A stretch of 64,000 nucleotides of DNA from the human T2T-CHM13v2.0 reference genome, Homo sapiens. Shown piece by piece: positions 50,994 to 64,000 of the stretch. The stretch is from assembly GCF_009914755.1 (NCBI RefSeq), contig NC_060926.1. One strand, 5' to 3'. Both the position numbers and the translations under genes were made by a program. The notes beneath the pieces were generated by a model, which was given only the letters and a program-made list of their open reading frames with translations, made no database searches and was not told the origin of the DNA. Within the stretch, counting starts at the first letter, position 1. Each line of letters starts with the position of its first letter.

Positions 50994-52076
50994 CATGAGA
51001 GGCAAGATGGCCAACTAGATGCAGCTAGGAGGAACACTTGCCACTGAGGAACTGGGACACAAGAAAGACTGACATACTCCAAGTAGATCTTCAGAAGGAG
51101 GACATTGAGAGTGGATGGAGGGAGGAAAGAGACACTAGGATGAAGGGAAGGAAGCTGGGAACCAAGCACAGGGCTACTGTGCCCTAGGATGTGTTCCTGG
51201 CCCCCACCTACTCCTGGGGAAGGTGTGAGTTGAATAGGTAAGCAGCGACCCACACGTATCACAGACCTCTGGATTCCTGGCAGCAGTGCACCCTAGGATC
51301 CCCACACACTTGAGATGGCAAGGAGAGCTTCTTACAGAACGGATAAGGAAAGGATTCCAGGCTGTCCAGAGGCCTGAGGGTTTGGCATAAAAACATCTAC
51401 AGGGGAGCATGGCCAGGGATACCTATCCACCAAGTCTCACCTTGTTCCCCTACAAGACTTTAGTATAAGGGGAACTGTCAGATGAGGACAGAACAGGAAA
51501 ATCTTGCATGTGAGATGGGCCCTGTCTGAATTGAGTGCCTTTCTGTCTGCTGGTCTTTCCCAAGGACCCAGCTTGGCCATGCCTGCTTGCAGTGAGGCCT
51601 CAGATGCCCAACTGGCTGTCTCCTGGGGGCCTGCATTCTAGCTCCTGCACTGTAAGGCCATGCCTGACCGTCAGAGAGCTCCGGCAGAGTGGCCCCACCA
51701 ACACACACCAGCCCATCTGCACCCTCCCCCAACCACAGCCTCCCCATACCACTTTGTTAGCATGCACTCATCCATGGCCACCACCCCCTGCCATTGCTTT
51801 GATGGTGTACATGTGCACATGTGAAACTCACCTTCCCTACCACACCAGTGCATGCATGTGTGTGCACCCCACCATGCCATTGCTTGCCAGTGTAAGTACA
51901 CTTCTCCCCACATCCACACTGCTGTCTATTGGGTATTATGCTTATTACATTGGTGATGAAATAATCTTTACACCAAACACTCATGACACACAATTTACCT
52001 ATAAAACAAACCTGCACATGTATCCTTAAGACTAAAATAGAAGTTAAGATAAATAAATTAAATTAAATTGAAAAAA
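50994..52076 (+). mobile_element. L1PA13-15-like element reduced to 5'UTR (~930 bp) + terminal ~125 bp + A-rich tail
   Basis: Starts gagaggcaagatggccaactagatgcagc (YY1 site); junction at ~51923 into ctattgggtattatgcttattac 3' end. Degenerate TSD aagaaaagatatctcaa / aagaagactatatctcaa. Confidence 0.85.
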
Positions 52077-53120
52077 GAAGACTAGCAGTTGCTTCCAAGA
52101 TGGCCAAATAGGAACAGCTCTGGTCTACAGCTCCCAGTGAGATTGATGCAAAAGACAGGTGATTTCTGCATTTCCAACTGTGGTATCTTGTTCATCTCAC
52201 TGGGACTAGTGGGTGCAGCTCACAGAGGGAGAGCCAAAGCAGGGTGGGGCATTGCCTCACCCAGGAAGCACAAGGGGACAGGGGATTTCCTTTTCATAGT
52301 CAAGGGAAGCCGTGAGTGACCGTACCTGGAGGAATGGTATACTTCTGCCCAAATACTGCACTTTTCCCACAGTCTTTGCAGCCAGCAGACCAGGAGATTC
52401 CCTCCTGTGCCTGGCTCGGCAGGTCCCTCATGCATGGAGCCTTGCTCACTGCTAGTGCGGCAGTCTGACATCAACCTGGGACACTGGAACTTGGGGAGGG
52501 GGGAGGGGCATCTGCCATTGCTGAGGCTTGAGTAGGTGGTTCTATGCTCACAGAGTAAACAAAGTGGCAGGAATACTCAAACTGGGCAGAGCCCACTGCA
52601 GTTCAGCAAGGCCTAGTGCCACTCTAGATTCCACCTCTGGGGGCAGGGAATATCTGAACAAAAGGCAGCAGACAGCTTCTGCAGACTTGAACTTCCCTGC
52701 CTGACAGCCCTGAAGAGAGCAGTGGTTCTCCCAGCATGGCGTTCGAGCTCCGATAATGGACAGAGTGCCTCCTCAAGTAGGTCCCTGACCCCTGTGTAGC
52801 CTGGCTGGGAGACACCTCCCAGTAGGGGCTGACAGACATTTCATACAGGTGGTTGCCTCTCTGGGACGAAGATTCCAGAGGAAGGGTCAGACAGCAATAT
52901 TAGCTGTTCTGCAGCCTCCGCTGGTGATACCCAGGCAAACAGGGTATGGAGTGAACCTCCAGCAAACTCCAACAGACCTGCAGCTGAGGAGCCTGTCTGT
53001 GAGAAGGAAAACTAACAAACAGAAAGGAATAGCATCAACATCAACAAAAAGGACATCTACACCAAAACCCTATCCATACCTCACCAACATCAAAGACCAA
53101 AGGTAGATAAAACCGCAAAG

Positions 53121-54144
53121 ATGGAGAGAAACCAGAGCAGAAAGGCTGAAAATTCTAAAAACCAGAATGCCTCTTCTCCTCCAAAGGAACACAGCTCCTC
53201 ACCAGCAAAAGGATGAAACTGGATGGAGAATGAGTTTGACAAGTTGACAGAAGTAGGCTTCAGAAGGTCTGTAATAACAAACTTCTCTGAGCTAAAGGAG
53301 CATGATCTAACCCATTGCATGGAAGCTAAAAACCTTGAAAGAAGGTTAGACGAATGTCTAAATAGAATAACCAGTGCAGAGAAGAGCTTAAATGACCTGA
53401 TGGAGCTGAAAACCACAGTACGAGAAATTCGTGAAGCATACACAAGCTTCAATAGCTGATTTGATTAAGCAGAAGAAAGGATATCAGTGATTGATTATCA
53501 AATTAATGAAATAAAGCAAGAAGACAAGAATAGAGAAAAAAGTGAAAAGAAATGAACAAAGCCTCCAAGAAATATGGGACTATGTGAAAAGACTAAATCT
53601 ACATTTGATTGGTGTACCTGAAAGTGACGGGGAGAATGGAACCAAGGTAGAAAACACTCTTCAGGATATTATCCAGGAGAATTTCCCCAACCTAGCAAGG
53701 CAGGCCAACATCCAAATTCAGGAAATACAGAGAACACCACAAAGATACTCCTCAAGAAGAGCAACCCCAAGACACATGATCGTTAGCTTCACCGAGGTTG
53801 AAATGAAGGAAAAAATGTTAAGTGCAGCCAGAGAGAAAGGTTGGTTTACCCACAAAGGGAAGCTCGTCAGACTAACAGTGGATCTCTCTGCAGAAACCTT
53901 ACAAGCCAGAAAAGAGTGGGGGCCAATATTCAACATTCTTAAAGAAAGGAATTTTCAACCCAGAATTTCAGATCCAGCCAAAATAAGTTTCATAAGTGAA
54001 GGAGAAATAAAATCCTTTACAGACAAGCAAATGCTGAGAGATTTTGTCACCACCAGGCCTGCCCTACAAGAGCTCCTGAAGGAAGCACTAAACATGGAAA
54101 GGAACAACCGGTACTAGCCACTGCAAAAACATGCCAAATTGTAA
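53121..54144 (+). pseudogene. L1 ORF1p, disrupted
   Basis: MENEFDKLTEVGFRRSVITNFSELKE, EQSLQEIWDYVKR and RDFVTTRPALQELLKEAL fragments with stops and frameshifts. Confidence 0.9.
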
Positions 54145-54207
54145 ATACCATTGACACTATGAAGAAACTGCATCAATTAATAGGCAAAATAAACAGCTAG
54201 CATCATA

Positions 54208-58023
<3,816 letters not shown>

Positions 58024-59814
58024 ATAACAAGAACACATGGACACAGGGAGGGGAACATCACACACCGGGGCCTGTTGGCAGGTGGGGGGCTGGGGGAGGG
58101 ATAGAGTTAGGAGAAATACCTAATGTAAATGAGAGTTGATGGGTGCAGCAAACCAACATGGCACATGTATACCTATGTAACATACCTGCACATTGTGCAC
58201 ATTTACCCTAGAACTTAAAGTATAATAATAATAAAAGAAGACTATATCTCAAAACTTTAAAATTACGTGGAAATTAAACAAGCTGCTTCTGGATGACTGT
58301 TGGGTAAACAGTGAAATTAGGGCAGAAATCAAGAAATTCTTCAAAACTAATGAAATCAAAGATACAACTTACCAAAATTTTTGGGACATGGCTAAAGCAG
58401 TGCTAAGAGGAAAATTTATAGTGCTAAACACCCACATCAAAAAGTTAGAAAGATCTCATATTAACAACCTAATATCACACCTAGAGGAACTAGAAAAACA
58501 GGAGCAAATCAGCCCCAAAGCTAGGAGAAGAAAAGTAACAACTACAATCAGAGCTGAACCATATAAAATTGAGACACAAAAAGCTTTAAAAGATCAATGA
58601 AATCAAAAATTAGTTTTTTGAAAGATCAACTAAGATTGTAGACCATTATCTAGATTAATAATGAAAAAAAGATGAAAAGAACCAAGTAAACACAATCATA
58701 AATGACCAAAAGGACATTACCATCAATTCACCAGGAATACAAAAAACCCTCAGAGATTATTATGAACGTCTCTATGCATACAAATTAGAAAATCTAGAAT
58801 AAATGTATATATTCCTGGAAATATACAACCTCCCAAGATTGAACCAGGAAGAAATTGAAACCCTGAGCAGACCAATAATGAGCTCCAAAATTGAATCAGT
58901 AAGACAAAGCTAGCCAACCAAAAAAAGTCCAGGACCAGACAGATTCATAACTGAATTCTACCAGATGTATAAAGAAGAGTAGATACCACTCCTACTGAAA
59001 GCATTCCAAAAAATTGAAGAGGAGGAATTCCTGCCTAGCTCATTCTATAAGGCCAGCATTATCCAGATATCAAAACCTGGCAGAGACACAACAGCAAAAA
59101 ATGTCAGGCCAATATTGCTGATAAACATAGAGGCAAAAATCCTCAACAAAATAGTAACAAAGTGAATCCAGCAGCACATCAAAAAGCTAATCCACTATGA
59201 TCATAGTGGATACTTGATCAAGTAGGCTTTCTCCATGGATGCAAGGATGGTTCAACATATGCAAATGAACACATGTGATTCATCACATAAACAGAACTAA
59301 AAACAAAAACCACATCGTTATCTCAGTAGATGTAGAAAAGGCCTTAAATAAGAATTCAACATCCTTTCATGTTAAATAGCCTCAATGACCTAACCATTGA
59401 AGGAACATAACTCAAAATAATGAAAACCATCTACGAAAAAAACACAGCTATAATCATACCGAATGGGCAAAAGCCAGAGACATTTTGCTGGAGCTGGAAC
59501 AAGACAAGCATGGCCACTCTCATCAGTCTTATTCAACATAGCACTGGAAATCCTGGCCAGAGAAATCAGGCAAGATAAAGAAATAAAAGGCCTTTAAATT
59601 GGAAAAGAGGAAGTCAAACTATCTCTCTTCAAAGACAATATAATTCTATACCTAGAAAACCCTATAGTCTCTTCCCAAAGGCCCCTAGATGTGGTAAACT
59701 ACTTCACCAAAGTTTCAGGTTACAAAATCAATGTATAAAAATAGGTAGCATTTCTACATACGAATAACATTTGAGCTTGGAACCAAATCAAGGACACAAT
59801 CCTATTCACAATAG

Positions 59815-59818
<4 letters not shown>

Positions 59819-59858
<40 letters not shown>
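59819..59858. repeat. (CA)n microsatellite inside L1
   Basis: Direct reading. Confidence 0.9.
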
Positions 59859-59861
<3 letters not shown>

Positions 59862-61230
59862 ACCTATGACTACATTTAACCAAGGAGGCGAAAGATATAC
59901 ACAGTGAGAATTTTAAAACACTGCTTAAATAAATCAGAAATGACCCAAACAAATGGAAAAACATTACATATTCATGAATAAAAAGAATCAATATTGTTAG
60001 AATGGTCATACTACCCAAAGCAATTTATAGATTCAGTGCTATTCCTATAAAACTACCAATGGCATTCTTCACAGAATTAGAAAAAAAAACTATTTTACAA
60101 TTTATATGGAACCAAAAAAAAGCCTGAATATCCAAGACAATCCTAAGCCAATGGATGAAGCTGGGGACATCACGTTATTCAACTTCAAACTATACTACAA
60201 GGCTACAGTAAACCAAACAGCATGGTACTCTTACAAAAATAGACACAGACCAATGAAGCTGCACACTTACAACCATCTGATCTTCAACAGAATCAACAAA
60301 AACAAACAATGGGGAAAGGACTTCCTATTCAATAAATGGTGATAGTGTAACTGCCTAGTCATGTACTTAAGATTGAAACTGGACCCGTTCCTTTTGCCTT
60401 ATAAAACAATCAACTCAACTTGTATTAAAGCCTTAAACATAAAACTTAAAACCATAAAACCCTTGAAGAAAACCTAGGAAATACCATTCTGGACATAGGT
60501 CCCAGCAAAGATTTAATGACAGGCTCCAAAAGGACTTGCAACAAAAACATTAATTGACAAATGGTAACTAATTAAGCTAAAGATATTCTGCTAAGTGAAA
60601 AAACAAAAAAACAAAAGAAACTCTCAACACAGTAAACACACAACCTACAGAATGGGAGAAAATATTTGCATCTATGCATCCGACAAATGAATATATATAT
60701 ATATATATATCCAATATATCCAAAGGAATATAAATGATTCTGCCATAAAGGCACATGCACACATATGTTCATTGCAGCACTATTCACAATAGCAAAGACA
60801 TGGAATCAACATAGGTGTCCATCAGTGGAAAAGTAGATAAATAAAATGTGGTACATATACCCATGGAATTCTATGTAGCCGTAAAAAAGAACAAGATCGT
60901 GTCCTTCTCAGCAACATGAATGGAGCTGGAGGCCATTATTGTAAGTGAATTAATGTAATAACAGAAAACCAAATACTGCATATTCTCACTTATATGCGGG
61001 AGCTAAACATTGAGTACACACGGACACAAAGAAGGAAACAATAGACATGGGGGCCTACTTGAAGGTGGGGCATGGAAGGAGGGTGAGGATTGAAAAACTG
61101 ATCAGGACTATGCTCGTTACCTGGGTGACAAAATAATCTGTATGCCAAACCTCCATGCAATTTACTCAGGTAACAAACCTACACATTTACCTCTGAACCT
61201 AATATAAAAGTTGGAAAGGGGGGAAAAAAA

Positions 61231-61873
61231 GTAGGAGAAATGGACTTGCGTTGTGTCAAGTGGAAGCACAGTTGGCTATTGTATTTATTTATAAGCTTTA
61301 AGGATGGTTGAAAGAGTATGGTTTAAATATGATTCAAGTAAGTTGTCAAGGGACAGACAGGGGTAGGTTTGTACTATGTCAGCTTAGCTAAATTGGAACT
61401 ACATATCCCAGAATTCCCTCCCTATATGCTTCCCAGTAGGCCACAAAAAACAATAATTGTTGAGAGTATGGAAAATGGAAGTGAAGAAGCAGTCATCTCT
61501 TTATTCCATTGGATCTCTCCTTCCTCAGCTTCTCTGGGCCAGGAGCATGAGCAGTCAGGTTATTGTGCCTCCTACCTATGTTATCATGATTGAGGTTGTG
61601 AGAGACAAGCATGAGTACTAGCTAGTTTTCAGGGGTTCTTGTTTGTCCTCATGGATTCCAGCTGTTCCTTGCTTCCCACTACATATGTCTTTATTTCCTT
61701 CGCAACAGCCAGCCTGTTGACTTCTAGAAAATACCAGATACACAGATAACAGCATTACACTAGACTGCCTAAGCAGCACCCACAAGTACATTAAGTCTAA
61801 TTCCTATAATAAATTCCTTGTTCTGTAATACTCACAATGATTATGTTTCTCTGATCAAACCATGACTGATACA
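61231..61873 (+). mobile_element. ERVL internal end + MLT2F-like 3' LTR (~61359-61873)
   Basis: tatgtcagcttagctaaattggaactacatatcccagaattccctccc start; tttctctgatcaaaccatgactgataca end. Confidence 0.75.
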
Positions 61874-62099
61874 ACTTCAAAAATTTATAGTAGTAGTTTA
61901 ATAAAGAGAATTCTGGACTTGTGTTTCTCCTCTGTCTATATAATTCACCCACTACATCATGGCAAATGTCTTTGCCTGAGTTTCTTCATTTTGAAAATGA
62001 CAACATAAACTCAGTCCATCTAAAAAATGTACATGCATTATGCATAGTACGTGTGTTTCATTTTTTCTATCATGAGTTTTGACAAATCTGTCCAATTAT

Positions 62100-62700
62100 A
62101 GTCCTGTTAAACAGAAGACATCTGTGGATGTCTTCACCTTATTATCCTTTCTGAATCTTAAATACATCATATCCAAAAATAAATTAAAAATTTCTCCCAC
62201 AAATCTTCCACCAATCTTCCACCTTTTTAAAAACTGCCAACTATATCACGCTTTTACCAGTAATTTAGACCTCAACAAATTATTTTAATTCTGCAAATTA
62301 TTATGTGCATCCTTTGAATTTGGGACACGATATAACAAATGATCTCATGTGCATTCTTTCTCCATTTTCTCCTCTCTCCAGAGGCCATCCTTTAATCTCA
62401 ATCCAAATTCAGTGTCTTCAATGAGTCTTGCTTAAACTTTCCTTGGTACTATTTCATACCTGTAAAACAATTTCAATTCAATAACATTTTTCATTATTCT
62501 GAATTCCATAACATAGTTTTATCTTCAGTATAAAATTTATAATCTTCCCTATATTATATTGTTTCATATATTTGTCACTTGTCCTTCTACCTTCATCCCA
62601 CAAGACTAGGGTAGACAACATGCTTCATCTTCCGTTAAGAAGACACTAAATAAATATGTGTTGAATAAATAGATAAATGAATAAATAAATGAATATAGGG
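62100..62700 (+). mobile_element. L2 fragment with 3' terminus
   Basis: taaatatgtgttgaataaatagataaatgaataaataaatgaa. Confidence 0.6.
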
Positions 62701-64000
62701 GATGTGAATGAAGAAGAGAAATTTTAAAAATGAGTGGAGTACATTGTAAAGTGGGTAAATATTGTGTAATGCCATATGACAGACGAAGAATGGAGTTATG
62801 TAAATATATTAGCTGTCTTATCTCTGATTCCACAGAGAGAGAAAATAAATGAGTCTGTTTCTACTACCCTATGGGAAATAAAAAAAAATTCCTTTCCCCT
62901 ACCTGGAGAAAAAATGATTACAGTTTACAAAAACAGAAGACAATAAATAGCAGTTATCACTGCACAAAAATATGTGGGAACTAGGATCAAATTGGAGTTT
63001 GCATAAAAGAGAATAAAAATAAACTCAATTTATAAGTGATAAGATACAGAAATTATAGATCCCCTCCCCTCATAAACTTGCACAAACATATATATATCTT
63101 TAAGAAATTTTGGATTGCCCATAGGCTGTCATAAACTTGATCACATCTGATTTAAACATGAATAAATGCATTTCCTAACTCCTGCTTACACAGTCAGTAA
63201 GAGTGATCATGAAAATTCTCAATTGACTGTGGGTGTTATTTTCCTACCTCTCTGTCCATATGGCCCACATTCAGTATGTTCCTGTGCCACAGTCCCTTTC
63301 TCTTACTCAAGACTGTAATATTTGTCCATCCTCTAAGAGCTGTAGGAGGTGACTGTGTATGACTAATTTACTATTTTGTTATTTTCACCATGAGTTCACA
63401 TAATTAAAACAAAGGTTAGAAGTATGCTGTACATAAAACTCAGATACCAATCACTATTAGTTTTTCAGGGATAGCCTTAAGGAATTCGGATAATGCCTTA
63501 TTTTCTATCTTCAGGGCCGTAGGCCAAGACCCTACCTCTGGGTCTGAGAAGACAAGGTTATAGAGAAGTCCTCCAACAAAATGGTGCCAAGTCGGCCAAA
63601 TTCCCTAATGACACCTGCACACTGCAATAATTCCTCCATTAAGCTAGAAAGGATCCCCAATTTGTCTGACAAGGCTACAGAAACATTGTAAATAGAGAAA
63701 TGAGGACAAAGCCCCAGTCCTGCAGGAATTACACCTGCCATAAATTGATGACATTTCCTTAACATGTGATACCTTCCAGTAGTTAGCCCAAACCAAGTAG
63801 ATATTTGATCCTGTACTGAAATGACACAATTGTGACCTTGGATTATGTCATGATAATATTAATCTCAAAGATATCTGGGAAACTGGACCATTTCCAAAAC
63901 TACTTCTCTGAAGTTTTCTTGTGAACAAGAAATCTAATCTTTTCTGGAAAATTATTTTAATATTTAATACCCATTTTCTCTGTTTAATATTCTCCTCTTG

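Overview
Primate (probably ape) genomic DNA: AT-rich, LINE-dense and typical of a gene desert or large intron. I can support no host protein-coding gene, RNA gene or CRISPR array. The long ORFs in the track are disabled L1 ORF1/ORF2 fragments; the others are Alu or L1-UTR read-throughs or chance ORFs. Contents: an old minus-strand L1 (1-4428); a 5'-inverted L1PA3-like element lying tail-to-tail with an L1PA4/5-like element (10.3-14.5 kb); a minus-strand L1PA4-like element (29.0-33.3 kb); and three nested same-strand L1s (48.2-61.2 kb) inside an ERVL/MLT2 remnant. Also present are five Alus, a truncated MER11 LTR, MaLR/ERVL LTRs, L2, CR1, MIR and DNA-transposon relics. I see no evidence for a new multi-gene system. 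The most unusual signals are: (1) non-CpG variants shared in a non-tree-like way among neighbouring L1s of different ages (local gene conversion or an assembly artefact); (2) a 54-nt hairpin-ended RNA retrocopy with A-rich tail and TSD; (3) several templated insertions, including a 203-bp inverted copy of flanking DNA; (4) an L1 reduced to 5'UTR plus 3' end; and (5) an apparent short 3' transduction. Subfamily names come from recalled consensus sequences and are approximate.
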